From Planctomycetota bacterium (GTDB taxonomy: Bacteria > Planctomycetota > UBA1135 > UBA2386), in NCBI GenBank assembly GCA_965223545.1, contig OZ245006.1, forward strand, positions 3,520,001 to 3,584,000: a stretch of 64,000 nt of DNA, in the 5' to 3' direction. The first letter of the stretch is position 1; each line of letters starts with the position of its first letter. Made by a program: the position numbers and the translations under genes. Of the stretch, positions 29,036 to 38,837 are shown one piece after another. The notes beneath the pieces were generated by a model that made no database searches, was not told the origin of the DNA, and saw only the letters and a program-made list of their open reading frames with translations.

Positions 29036-30678
29036 GCACCGCCAAAGAACGCGCCACGGCGCTGTCCGTCCTGCTGCTCGCCGCCGCGTGTGACGAACCG
29101 GTGGCCGAAGCCGAAGTCCTGCCACCGCGGGCAGTGGTCGCCGTCGAGCAGCGCATCGTCGACCTGGCCCGTAGCACGCGCGTGGCGGGGACCACCGTGG
29201 CCTGGAAGGAAGAGCATCTGTCCTTCGAGCTCGCCGGCCGCGTGACTTGGGTCATCGAGCCGGAGACCACGGTCCGCGGCCCCAGCGTCGGCGACGACTA
29301 CGAGCGCGGCAACGACGGCCAAGTCATCGCCCGCATCGACCCCGAGCGCTACGAGAGCGCCCTGACAACCGCAAAGGCGGCGATGGCCTCGGCACGGGCA
29401 CAGCTCGCCTCGACGCGCGAGCAGCTCGAGCAAGTGCTGCCCAAGCAACGGGCACAGGCACAGGCCGAGCTCGAACGCAGCGAGTCGAACTTGGCGCGCA
29501 TGGAGAGCGCGCTGGAACGCAACGCGGTGGCGCCGACCGTCGTCACCGACGCGCGCGCCGCTTATCAATCGGCGGCGGCCGCCGTCGAGCGCATCGACGG
29601 CGAGCTCGCTTCGCTGAAGAGTCAGATCGACGGCCTCCAGGCGCAGGTCGACCAAGCCGAGCAGGCAGTGCACCGCGCCGAGCTCGACCTGCGCGACACC
29701 GAGCTGCGGGCACCGTTCGACGGCCGCATCACCGAAGTCGCGCTGGTGCCCGGCGCGCTGGTGCAGCCCGGCGCGCCGGTCGCCCAGCTGGTGATGATGG
29801 ACCCGGTCAAGATCGAGGTCACGGTGTCCAGCGAGACCGATCGTCAGCTGCGCACCAAGGACATGGTGACGATCCACACCGCCGACGGGACCGCGCTGCC
29901 CGCCGGTGTCTACCAGCGCGGATCGACCACCGACACGGCGACGCGCACGGTGCAGCTGACCCTGATGGCGCGCAACCCGACGGTCGGAGAACGCATCGAC
30001 GACGCGGTGCCGGTCGAAGACGTGATGCCCCTGATCGAGTTTCAGACCGAAGATGGACCCCGCTGGTTCGTCGAGCGGCGTTGTATCCACCAGGATGCAT
30101 CGGGCCACTACGTGTGGCGCGCCACCGAGCCGCGCGGCCGCCGGCTCACCGGCATTCCGATCGCGGTCGAGCGCTACGATCTCCAGCTGGGGCCGGCACG
30201 CCGCAACTTCGTCGGTCTGTACCACTTCGCCGAGGTGACAGAGACCGACGACCTCGAACGCCTGCTCGAGGGCGCTCCCGGCATCAGCGTCGACCGCTTG
30301 ATGATCGCGGTCGGCGCGCCCGACGACTTCGCCGGCGGCGACGTCGTCGTGCTCGACAAGCGGTGGGTTCTGCGCCCCGGCGACGTCGTCGACGTGCAGC
30401 TCGAGCCCGAGGCACACCCGCCGGGAGTGTTCGTGCCGGCCTCCGCGATCGTCCGCGACGGGGAGCGCGCGTTCGTCTACGTCGTGGAACCCGATGGATC
30501 GCAGGGCATCCTGCGACGGACCGAAGTCGCGCTCGGCGCCGGCACCGGCGCGCTGCTCCGCATCGGCGACCGACCGGTCGCCGGCGGCCACCCGATCGTC
30601 GCCACCGGCACCCACGTGCTGCGCGACGGGAGCGCGGTCCAGATCTCGACGTTGCAGGACGTGCAGGCCGACGGATGA
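29032..30678 (+). CDS. RND periplasmic adaptor (membrane fusion protein)
   Basis: GTGA overlap with the upstream gene, lipobox, LSFELAGRV, coiled coil, LRAPFDGRI, VPASAI. Confidence 0.85.
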   Translation: MSTAKERATALSVLLLAAACDEPVAEAEVLPPRAVVAVEQRIVDLARSTRVAGTTVAWKEEHLSFELAGRVTWVIEPETTVRGPSVGDDYERGNDGQVIARIDPERYESALTTAKAAMASARAQLASTREQLEQVLPKQRAQAQAELERSESNLARMESALERNAVAPTVVTDARAAYQSAAAAVERIDGELASLKSQIDGLQAQVDQAEQAVHRAELDLRDTELRAPFDGRITEVALVPGALVQPGAPVAQLVMMDPVKIEVTVSSETDRQLRTKDMVTIHTADGTALPAGVYQRGSTTDTATRTVQLTLMARNPTVGERIDDAVPVEDVMPLIEFQTEDGPRWFVERRCIHQDASGHYVWRATEPRGRRLTGIPIAVERYDLQLGPARRNFVGLYHFAEVTETDDLERLLEGAPGISVDRLMIAVGAPDDFAGGDVVVLDKRWVLRPGDVVDVQLEPEAHPPGVFVPASAIVRDGERAFVYVVEPDGSQGILRRTEVALGAGTGALLRIGDRPVAGGHPIVATGTHVLRDGSAVQISTLQDVQADG

Positions 30679-33600
30679 GGATCCCCGCCTTCGCCCTGCG
30701 CAACCGGGTCACCGTCAGCGTCGCCGTCGCGATGCTGTGCGCGTGGGGAGTGATGTCATTCTCGAGCTCGCCGCGGCGCGAGACGCCGGAGTTCACCATC
30801 CGCGTCTGCGTGGTCACGACGCTGTGGCCTGGAGCCACGGTCGAGAAGGTCGAGCAGCTGGTCGCCGACCCGCTGGAGGAAGCCGTCGCGTCGATCGACG
30901 AGGTCGATCGCATCGATACCGACGTCCGCCCCGGTCAAGCGGTGATTCGCGTGACGATCGACGATCAAACCCCGGCGGACGCGATCGCGAACCTCTGGGA
31001 CGAAGTCCGCGCCGAGGTCGCCAAGGTTGCACTGCCCACCGCGGAGGGCTGCCGTGATCCGATCGTCAACTCCAACTTCGGCGACACCGCTGTGTGGCTG
31101 CTCGCGGTACACCAGGACAGCGCGGCCGCTGCGGTCCATCGCTACGACGCCCGACAGCTCGAAGTCTTCGCCGAGATGGTGCGCGACGATCTCAAGCTGG
31201 TCGACGGCGTGGCGGACGCCCAGCTGTGGGGCGTGCAGCGCGAGACGATCTACCTGGAGAGCGACCCGCGCAGCTGGTCGAAGCTCGGGCTCACGGTGGA
31301 TGGGCTCGCCGCGCGGCTGGCGCAGCGCAACATCGTCACCAGCGGCGGCACGATGCACCTCGCCGAAGGACAGGTGACCCTGAAGCCGACCGGCGACTAC
31401 TCGACGGTCGATCAGATCCGCGATCTGGTCACCGGCTACGACGCCAACGGCAACCCGATCCGGCTGCGCGACGTCGGCATCCACGTCCGCCGCGCGTTCG
31501 AGGAGCCGAGTCCGATGCGCGCGCGCTACACGTCGCTCGACTCCGACGATGGCGCCGACGGCGTCGCCGCAGTGGTGATCGCCGTCACCATGAAGTCGGG
31601 GCACAACGTCGTCGAGCTCGGCGAGCGGCTCACGGTCGCCACCGAGCGCTCGCGGCTGACACGGCTGCCGGCCGACGTGCGCACTCGGCTCGTGATCGAC
31701 ACGCCGACAAAGGTGCGTGACACCATCGACACGTTCGTCGTCAACCTGGGCCAGTCCATCGGACTCGTGCTGCTCGTCGCCGTCCTGCTGATCGGCGTGC
31801 GCATCGCCGTGATCATGGCGGCGGCGATCCCGGTGGTGATGCTCGGCACGTTCGCGCTGATGAGACTGTTCGATGTCGAGCTCGAGCAGATCTCGATCGC
31901 CGCGCTGATCATCGCGCTGGGCATGCTCGTCGACAACGCGATCGAGGTCGCCGACAACGTGCACCGCCTGCTCGGCGAGGGCATGCCGCGCCGCAAGGCG
32001 GCACTCGAGGGCGCGCGGCAGATCGGCTTCCCGATCCTGGTCGCCACGCTGACCACGATCGCCGGCTTCGCGCCGATGCTGATCGCGCTCGAGGGCGCGG
32101 GCAAGGAGTACGTCTACAGCTTGCCGGTCGTGGTCAGCATCGCGCTGTCGCTCAGCTGGGTGCTGGCGATGTCGCTGACCACGGTCATGTCGTACTGGTT
32201 GCTGCGACACGGCGGCGGCCGCGCTCCGCTCCCGTGGCTGGCCGATCGCATCCAGGCGCTGTGGCACCGCGTGCTGCGGCGCCCGGCGGCGACAGCGACT
32301 GCCGAGGGCTCGTCCCTCTACGGCCGCATCTGCCAGCTGGCGATTCGCGGCAAAGTGGTCACCATCGGCTTGGCGGTCGCCGCCTTCGCGGGAGCCCTGT
32401 GGCTCTTGGCGAGTGGTCGCATCGGCACGCAGTTCTTCCCCTCCGCGGTGCAGAGCAAGTTCGTCGTCGAGGTGTATCTGCCGGAAGGCACGACGCACGC
32501 CGCGACCGATGAGAAGTGTCGCGAAGTGGAGGCCCTGCTCGCGGAGCTCGGCGGAGCACGCGCGGCGGAGGACGGCAGCGGAGCCGACAACGCGATCCTC
32601 GACGTGCTGTCGTTCATCGGCAGCGGCGGCCCCCGCTACGAGCTCGGCTTCAACCCTGCTGACCCGGCGTCGAATTACGCGGCACTGCTGGTGCACGTGC
32701 ACCGCGAAGCCGATGTCGCTCCCTTGGTCGAAGAGATGCGGCGCGTGGCCAACGCCCGGGTCGCCGGCGCCCGCATCCGCGCGATCGAGTTCGCCATGGG
32801 ACCCTCGGTGTCCAACCCCGTCGGCATACGGATCGTCGGCCCCGGCTTCGCCGACCTGCAGACCATGCGCGCGATCGCCGAGCAGGCGCAGACGATCTTC
32901 GACAGCAGCGACCGCCTGTGGGACGTCAGTCAGAGCTGGGGCGAGTACGGCCTGGAGCTGCGCATCGACGTCGACGAGGCGCGCGCCACGCCGGCCGGCG
33001 TGTCCAGCGCCGACGTCGCCCGCTCGCTCTCGGCCTACTACTCGGGCCGGCTGCTGACGACGTTTCGCGAGGGCAACCATCAAGTCCCGGTCTACTTCCG
33101 CTGGCGCCCCGAGGAGCGCCGCGATCTGGACGCCGTTCGCACCGACCCGATCGAGGGCATCGCCGGAAAGATCCCGCTCGACGCCGTCGCCAAGACCTCG
33201 CTCGAGCACGTCCCCGTCAAGCTCACGCGCCGCGACAACAACCGCATGATCGAGGTCAGCGGCCGGCCGACTCCGGGGCACCTGGCAAACTCCGTGTTCT
33301 TGGCCGACGTGTGGCCCGGGCTGCAAGGGCTCGCCGAGACCCTCCCCCCCGGCTACCGCATCGAGATCGCCGGCGAGCAGGAGGAGAGCGCCAAGGCACA
33401 GGCCAACATGGCGACGTCGTTCCAGATCACCCTCGCACTCCTGCTGCTCCTACTGGTGATCCAATACAACTCGCTGGCCAAACCCCTGCTGATCCTCATC
33501 ACCATCCCGCTGGCCACCACCGGCGCCTTCGTCGGCCTGTGGCTGTTCGGCGCGCCCATGGGCTTCATGGAGATGCTCGGCCTGCTCGCGCTGGTCGGCA

Positions 33601-33986
33601 TCGTCCTCAACGCCGCCATCGTCTACGTCGAGTTCGCCGAGATGGTCGTCGCCGAGCGCCGTGACAAGGGCGACGCCCCGGGCCGCTTCGCCGGCCTCAG
33701 CCGCCCCGCCTTCCGCGAAGCCCTGCGCCGAGCCGGCGAGCTCCGGCTCCTGCCGATCTCCCTGACCACGCTGACCACCGCCGGCGGCCTGCTCCCCCTC
33801 GCCCTCGACGGCGGCCCGCTGTTCGAAGGCATGGCGACCGCGATCACGTGTGGCCTGCTGCTCGGCAGCGTCATGACCCTGCTCGTGCTCCCCGCCTTGG
33901 TGGCGCTCTTCGTCGAGTGGTTCGGGCTCCGCCTCGCGCACACCGAGGAGGACGCCATCTCAGCCGCGGGCCTCGGGAATCAGTAG
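30675..33986 (+). CDS. RND efflux permease (AcrB/AcrD/AcrF family)
   Basis: ATGA overlap, WPGAT, GMLVDNAI, TLTTIAGFAP, RLLPISLTTLTT. Confidence 0.93.
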   Translation: MRIPAFALRNRVTVSVAVAMLCAWGVMSFSSSPRRETPEFTIRVCVVTTLWPGATVEKVEQLVADPLEEAVASIDEVDRIDTDVRPGQAVIRVTIDDQTPADAIANLWDEVRAEVAKVALPTAEGCRDPIVNSNFGDTAVWLLAVHQDSAAAAVHRYDARQLEVFAEMVRDDLKLVDGVADAQLWGVQRETIYLESDPRSWSKLGLTVDGLAARLAQRNIVTSGGTMHLAEGQVTLKPTGDYSTVDQIRDLVTGYDANGNPIRLRDVGIHVRRAFEEPSPMRARYTSLDSDDGADGVAAVVIAVTMKSGHNVVELGERLTVATERSRLTRLPADVRTRLVIDTPTKVRDTIDTFVVNLGQSIGLVLLVAVLLIGVRIAVIMAAAIPVVMLGTFALMRLFDVELEQISIAALIIALGMLVDNAIEVADNVHRLLGEGMPRRKAALEGARQIGFPILVATLTTIAGFAPMLIALEGAGKEYVYSLPVVVSIALSLSWVLAMSLTTVMSYWLLRHGGGRAPLPWLADRIQALWHRVLRRPAATATAEGSSLYGRICQLAIRGKVVTIGLAVAAFAGALWLLASGRIGTQFFPSAVQSKFVVEVYLPEGTTHAATDEKCREVEALLAELGGARAAEDGSGADNAILDVLSFIGSGGPRYELGFNPADPASNYAALLVHVHREADVAPLVEEMRRVANARVAGARIRAIEFAMGPSVSNPVGIRIVGPGFADLQTMRAIAEQAQTIFDSSDRLWDVSQSWGEYGLELRIDVDEARATPAGVSSADVARSLSAYYSGRLLTTFREGNHQVPVYFRWRPEERRDLDAVRTDPIEGIAGKIPLDAVAKTSLEHVPVKLTRRDNNRMIEVSGRPTPGHLANSVFLADVWPGLQGLAETLPPGYRIEIAGEQEESAKAQANMATSFQITLALLLLLLVIQYNSLAKPLLILITIPLATTGAFVGLWLFGAPMGFMEMLGLLALVGIVLNAAIVYVEFAEMVVAERRDKGDAPGRFAGLSRPAFREALRRAGELRLLPISLTTLTTAGGLLPLALDGGPLFEGMATAITCGLLLGSVMTLLVLPALVALFVEWFGLRLAHTEEDAISAAGLGNQ

Positions 33987-34561
33987 CCGGCCTCGTTGAA
34001 AGCGCGGGCGAGGAGGTCCGACAGATTCAGCTCCGTAGCCCACGTCGAGAGTTGAGTTCGGTCGATGGAGGACGCCTGCGCTTTCAAGACTCCGAGCACA
34101 TCGCGCCACTGGCGATCCGACACCTCGCCGCCATCGCGGAACCAAGCGAGCTTCTGGATCACGATTCCCTCGGGCGCGGTCACGTCGAGCCCGCGCCCGG
34201 TGGCTGAGTCGATGACGAGCCGAACCCGATTCTGCCACTTCCACAGGTGCACTCCGGTCCACTGCGGGACGAAGACGTCGACGCGAGTGAGCGTGGGGTG
34301 ATGGATGAGCTGGAACGAACCTCGCCGACGGACTTCTTCGTCGATCCACTCGCGATCTCCGGTGAAGTCTTCGCCCAGCCTCTCCAGCCACGGTCCGAGG
34401 GCCTGCGCATCGAGATCCACGACGAGATCCACATCCAGGGTCGCTCGAGGCTCGCCGAGGGCAGTGCTCGCCAGAGACCCGCCGAGGATGTAGCGCACCC
34501 CCCCGGCCTCACACGCCTCCGCGACGAGGACCGCGAGCTCGAGGGGATCCGGCTCGCTCAC
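33980..34561 (-). CDS. Nucleotidyltransferase-fold protein (putative toxin or partner of a TA-like pair)
   Basis: ILGGSLAS...GEPRATLDVDLV (hG-G/S...DxD), PEGIVIQKLAW, RQWRDV. Confidence 0.72.
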   Translation of the reverse strand: MSEPDPLELAVLVAEACEAGGVRYILGGSLASTALGEPRATLDVDLVVDLDAQALGPWLERLGEDFTGDREWIDEEVRRRGSFQLIHHPTLTRVDVFVPQWTGVHLWKWQNRVRLVIDSATGRGLDVTAPEGIVIQKLAWFRDGGEVSDRQWRDVLGVLKAQASSIDRTQLSTWATELNLSDLLARAFNEAGY

Positions 34562-34827
34562 TCGCACCAGGCCTCGGCATCGGGGCCGAACGCGAGGACC
34601 ATGAGCTCGCGCCCGACGCGCAACGCACCAGCCCGACGAGACAGCTCCTCGTCGTCGGCCTCGGGAAAGCGGAGACGCAACCCCGCGACCGACAACCGGT
34701 GCAGCGCCCGAGAAGCCCGAGACGCGATCCGCAGCCGCTCGACCGGACTCATCGCACGAATCCGGTCGAACATCGCGCGATCCACCGACTCGGGAACGTC
34801 CCGCGCCTGCGATACGTAGGCACTCAC
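34558..34827 (-). CDS. Small helical protein coupled to the nucleotidyltransferase (putative antitoxin)
   Basis: RAMSPVERLR...AGLRLRFP...EEL. Its TGA overlaps the downstream GTG (GTGA). Start uncertain. Confidence 0.62.
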   Translation of the reverse strand: MSAYVSQARDVPESVDRAMFDRIRAMSPVERLRIASRASRALHRLSVAGLRLRFPEADDEELSRRAGALRVGRELMVLAFGPDAEAWCE

Positions 34828-34914
34828 GACGCCAACATACCGTACGGTGTCAGGCTCGATCTTCTCGCTTCGCGCGGACCGCTTCGGGCTCCGCACGCCT
34901 CGGATTCACACGGT

Positions 34915-35481
34915 TCAGTCGTCCGCGGCAAACTCGGCGCTCGAGATCCTCTCGACCCGCCCGAGAAACGGATTCTGCTGGCACAGCTCATCTTCGATGG
35001 CATCCACTGCCACGGGATCCGAGACACGGACCGCGATCTTGACGGTCGTGCCCGCGAGCTTCCTCGCAAACACCGCCGGCGGATCTCCCAGACACGGCCA
35101 AAGAGGATACTGGATCTCGGCGATCGTTGGCCCGGTGAAGTGCAGTCGGAGATACACCGACTGCAATGCAAGCGGCTCCCCAGCATCACTGCCGCCACCC
35201 ATCTTGCCCTCCGCCTCATCCGCAAACTTCGGGTCGACCTCCCACCCCTCGACGTACTCGGCGTACCCCGGTGCCACCCGAATCTCTCGCGCGGTTGCCT
35301 GCAGGATCTCTGCGAACTCGCGCCAATCATCGACACTCGCGGGACGAAACCGGGCCGCGGCCTGAAACACGACACTCGCTGGAAGGGACTCGCAGGCGAT
35401 CCGGACCGCATCCTCGACGGCGTTGCCGCGCCCTTGCGACTCGCCGAGAATCGCCGCCAACTTCTCCAGAGAGCTGGACAC
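34915..35481 (-). CDS. Hypothetical protein
   Basis: 188-aa ORF with protein-like composition, co-oriented with the TA-like pair. Confidence 0.5.
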   Translation of the reverse strand: MSSSLEKLAAILGESQGRGNAVEDAVRIACESLPASVVFQAAARFRPASVDDWREFAEILQATAREIRVAPGYAEYVEGWEVDPKFADEAEGKMGGGSDAGEPLALQSVYLRLHFTGPTIAEIQYPLWPCLGDPPAVFARKLAGTTVKIAVRVSDPVAVDAIEDELCQQNPFLGRVERISSAEFAADD

Positions 35482-35587
35482 TTCTCAACCCGTCATACCA
35501 CTGCACAGGCACCACAACGCACCCTCGGCCAAAAGAACGCAACACGCTTGGCCCCGCCGCCCCCCGGCGCCACACTCCCCCACCCCC

Positions 35588-37324
35588 ATGGCCACCCAAC
35601 CGCCCGACCTCCTGGCCCATCTCGAGCAGCGCCTGCGCGCCCATCTCGGCGACGCCGGCGTCGATGCACCGATCGTGCTGCAGCCGCCGAAGGACCGCCG
35701 CCACGGCGACGTCGCGCTGGCGTGCTTTCCGATCGCCAAGCTGCGCAAGCAGCCCCCGCCCGCCGTGGCGCAGGAAATCGCGGCCGCGATCGACGCCGAC
35801 GCGCTGATCGCCAGCGCCGAGGCGACCGGGCCGTTCGTCAACTTCTGCTATGACCGCGCCGCGCTGGCGCGGGCGGTGATCGAAGGCGTGCTCGCCGGCC
35901 ACGCCCCGTACGGGCCCGCGGCCGACAACGGCACCACCATCGTCATCGACTTCTCCTCGCCCAACATCGCCAAGCCCTTCCACATGGGGCATCTGCGGTC
36001 GACGGTGATCGGCGCCGCTCTGTGCCGGATCCACCGGCACGTCGGCGCCACGGTGCACGGCATCAACCACCTGGGCGACTGGGGCGCGCAGTTCGGCAAG
36101 ATGCTGACCGCCTTCGAGGAATGGGGCTCGGAGGAGGCGCTCGAGGCCGACCCGATGGGGCACATGTTCGAGGTCTACGTGCGCTACGGCAAGGAAGTCG
36201 GCGACCGGCCCGAGCTCGCCGAGCGCAGCGCCGAGCACTTCCAGCGGTTGGAGAGCGGCGAGGACAACGACGAGCGGCGCATGTGGGAGCGGTTGCGCAC
36301 CGCGTCGCTGCGCGCGTTCCAGGGTCCCTACGATCGGCTCGGCGTGACGTTCGATCACGTCACCGGCGAGAGCTTCTACGAGGACAAGATGGAGGCCGCG
36401 GTCGCCGCCGTGCAAGCCGCCGGGGTCCTGGTCGAGAGCGAGGGCGCCGAGGTCGTCGAGCTCGAGGACCGGGGCATGCCACCCTGCATCCTGCGCAAGT
36501 CGGACGGCACGACGATCTACGCGACGCGCGACCTCGCGGCGATCTTCTACCGTTCGGCGACGTTCGCGTTCGACCGCGCGCTCTACGTCGTCGGCTCCGA
36601 GCAGAAGCTGCACTTCCGCCAGCTGACCGCCGTGCTGGAGAAGATGCAGCGGCCGGAGGCCACCCGCATCGAGCACGTGCCGTTCGGCCTGATCCTGTCG
36701 CACGACCCGGAGACCGGCAAGCGGCAGAAGTTCGCCACGCGCGGCGGCAACGCGATCTTCCTCGACGAGGTTCTCGACCAGGCGGTGGCGCGCGCCCGCG
36801 AGATCATCGCCGAGAAGAACCCCGACCTGGAGAATGCCGACGCGGTCGCCGAGCAAGTCGGCGTCTCGGCGATCATCTTCAACGACCTCAAGGCATCGCG
36901 GATCAAGGACGTCGTCTTCGATCTCGAGGCGATGACGCGCTTCGAGGGCGAGACCGGGCCCTACGTCCAGTACGCGGTCGCCCGTCTGACCAGCATCCTG
37001 GCGAAGGCGGGCGTCGATCCTGACGACACGTCGTTGCACGCGGACGTCGACTACGCCCAACTCGCCGACGCCGATGGCGTGCTGCTGTCGATGATGGAGT
37101 TCGGCACCGCCGTCGACCGCGCCGCGGCGCAGAGCGAGCCCAGCGTGATCACCACATTCGCGATCCGCGTCGCCGGTGAGATCCACAGCTACCTCCGCGA
37201 CCACCACGTGCTCGGCGCCGAGCCGGCCTTGCGCGACGCGCGCCTCGCCCTCGTCGCCGCCGCGCGCCGGCTGCTCAAGACGGCGCTCGGCTTGATCGGC
37301 GTGGCCTCGCCCGACCGGATGTAG
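35588..37324 (+). CDS. argS: Arginine--tRNA ligase
   Basis: HGD, GPFVNF, DFSSPNIAKPFHMGHLRST (HIGH), NHLGDWG, KSDGTTIYATRD, FEGETGPYVQYA, C-terminal PDRM. Confidence 0.96.
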   Translation: MATQPPDLLAHLEQRLRAHLGDAGVDAPIVLQPPKDRRHGDVALACFPIAKLRKQPPPAVAQEIAAAIDADALIASAEATGPFVNFCYDRAALARAVIEGVLAGHAPYGPAADNGTTIVIDFSSPNIAKPFHMGHLRSTVIGAALCRIHRHVGATVHGINHLGDWGAQFGKMLTAFEEWGSEEALEADPMGHMFEVYVRYGKEVGDRPELAERSAEHFQRLESGEDNDERRMWERLRTASLRAFQGPYDRLGVTFDHVTGESFYEDKMEAAVAAVQAAGVLVESEGAEVVELEDRGMPPCILRKSDGTTIYATRDLAAIFYRSATFAFDRALYVVGSEQKLHFRQLTAVLEKMQRPEATRIEHVPFGLILSHDPETGKRQKFATRGGNAIFLDEVLDQAVARAREIIAEKNPDLENADAVAEQVGVSAIIFNDLKASRIKDVVFDLEAMTRFEGETGPYVQYAVARLTSILAKAGVDPDDTSLHADVDYAQLADADGVLLSMMEFGTAVDRAAAQSEPSVITTFAIRVAGEIHSYLRDHHVLGAEPALRDARLALVAAARRLLKTALGLIGVASPDRM

Positions 37325-37326
37325 GC

Positions 37327-38736
37327 CTACCGCGCGGCGAGCTCTCGGCCCATCGCAGCGGTACGCTCCCTCAACTCGGCGAGTACCGCTGCCGACTGCG
37401 TCGCGCCCGCCAAGTTGCGCAGCTGCCGCGGATCACGCCGCAAGTCGTGCAGGAACTCGCCTTCCGCTCCCTGCTCGAAGTAGCGCGCGTACATCCACTG
37501 CTCGCCCCGCACCCCTTCCCACTTGGGGATGTCCGCGTGGTCGAAGCGATGCTCGCAGTAGAACTGACGCCGCCAAGAACGGACGGTCTGCCCTGCCACC
37601 AGCGATCGCAAGCTGCGCCCGGTCACTGCCGACGGAACCGCGATGCCGCAGTAGTCCAACACCGTGGGTGCGAGGTCGACGTTGAGCGCCATCTCCGCGC
37701 GCACGCGGCCGCGGGCCGAGACCGGCGCCCGCGGATCGTAGACGATCATCGGCACGCGCAGCGACTCGTCGAAGTGACTCCATTTCCCCGCCAGCCCCCG
37801 CTCCCCCATGTAGTAGCCGTTGTCTCCACAGAAGAGCACGACGGTGTCGCCCTCGACACCCAGCGCCGCGAGCTCCGCCGTGATTCTGCCGATCACGCGG
37901 TCCATCCCCGTCAGCAGCGCGAAGTAGCCGCGCAGATTGCGCTCGTATTTCTCCGGCGTGTCCCAGCGCCAGTGGTAGCGAATGCGGTTCATCGAGGCGC
38001 GCAAGAACGGCGGCAATGCGGCGAACACCTCGCCGCCGTCCAACGACGGCCGCGGCATCGGCACCCCGTCGTAGATCCCGGCCTCGGCGGGCGCGCTCGG
38101 ATAGTGATCGTCGAGATCCCCGTCCTGGGCATGCCCGGCGTTGAAGCTGACGGACAGACAGAACGGACGCCCCGCCGGCGTCGAGCGCAGGAACTCGATC
38201 GCGCGATCGCCGATCAAATCGGTGAGATGCCGTTGCAACCCATCCGGCAGGGTCTTGCGGTAGGGCATGTGCAACACGTCGCAGCGGTCGAACGCCTCCT
38301 CGACCCACCCCGGCTCCGTGCGCACCCCCAGCTTGCCGACGAAGCCGGTGACGTAACCCGCCCGCCGCAGCAACACCGGATACGAACGCGCCGCCAGATC
38401 GGCGCGCACCGGGGGGGTGCGAAAGGTGTATCCATGCCGGCGCTCGTGCATGCCGAGCAGGATCGAAGCGCGGCTCGCGGCGCAGATCGGCGTGGTGACG
38501 AACGCGTTGGCGAACCGCACGCCCCGGGCAGCCAGTCGGTCGAGGTGCGGTGTGCGCACGACGCGATGCCCGGCACACCCCAGCACGTCGGCGCGGTGGT
38601 CATCGGAAACCAACAGGACGACGTTGGGACGGCGAGCGACTCCGGGCGCTTCGCCAGCCGCCTGCTCGAACGCACATCCCGAGCCGAGCAGCGCTCCCAA
38701 CGCGCCCGCGATCCCAACGAAACCTCGCGCCACCAT
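37327..38736 (-). CDS. Sulfatase (formylglycine-dependent, S1)
   Basis: RPNVVLLVSDDH, TPHLDRLA, PICAASRASILLG, GYVTGFVGK, GDNG, GKW. Confidence 0.92.
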   Translation of the reverse strand: MVARGFVGIAGALGALLGSGCAFEQAAGEAPGVARRPNVVLLVSDDHRADVLGCAGHRVVRTPHLDRLAARGVRFANAFVTTPICAASRASILLGMHERRHGYTFRTPPVRADLAARSYPVLLRRAGYVTGFVGKLGVRTEPGWVEEAFDRCDVLHMPYRKTLPDGLQRHLTDLIGDRAIEFLRSTPAGRPFCLSVSFNAGHAQDGDLDDHYPSAPAEAGIYDGVPMPRPSLDGGEVFAALPPFLRASMNRIRYHWRWDTPEKYERNLRGYFALLTGMDRVIGRITAELAALGVEGDTVVLFCGDNGYYMGERGLAGKWSHFDESLRVPMIVYDPRAPVSARGRVRAEMALNVDLAPTVLDYCGIAVPSAVTGRSLRSLVAGQTVRSWRRQFYCEHRFDHADIPKWEGVRGEQWMYARYFEQGAEGEFLHDLRRDPRQLRNLAGATQSAAVLAELRERTAAMGRELAAR

Positions 38737-38837
38737 GCCAAGGCTACCCGGCCGCGCACTGCGGGTCCCTGACGGCGCGCCGCGAAAAATCCGAAGAACC
38801 TCCGGCCACGCGGACGCCTCCTACTTCCACGAGGGGT

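Noticed and set aside
27712..30674. Long N-terminal extensions of ORFs 27712-30678 and 29247-33986
   Set aside because: Arg/Ala-rich off-frame translation of upstream genes. Coupled starts at 29032 and 30675 explain the operon.
30756..33326. 856-aa antisense ORF (similarly 18239-20488, 23231-25240, 35327-37207, 44004-45638, 61855-63423)
   Set aside because: Typical stop-poor antisense frames of high-GC genes, with no recognisable motifs.
37327..38736. Sulfatase motif CAASR instead of CxPxR
   Set aside because: CxAxR is a known functional variant, so it is neither novel nor evidence of inactivation.
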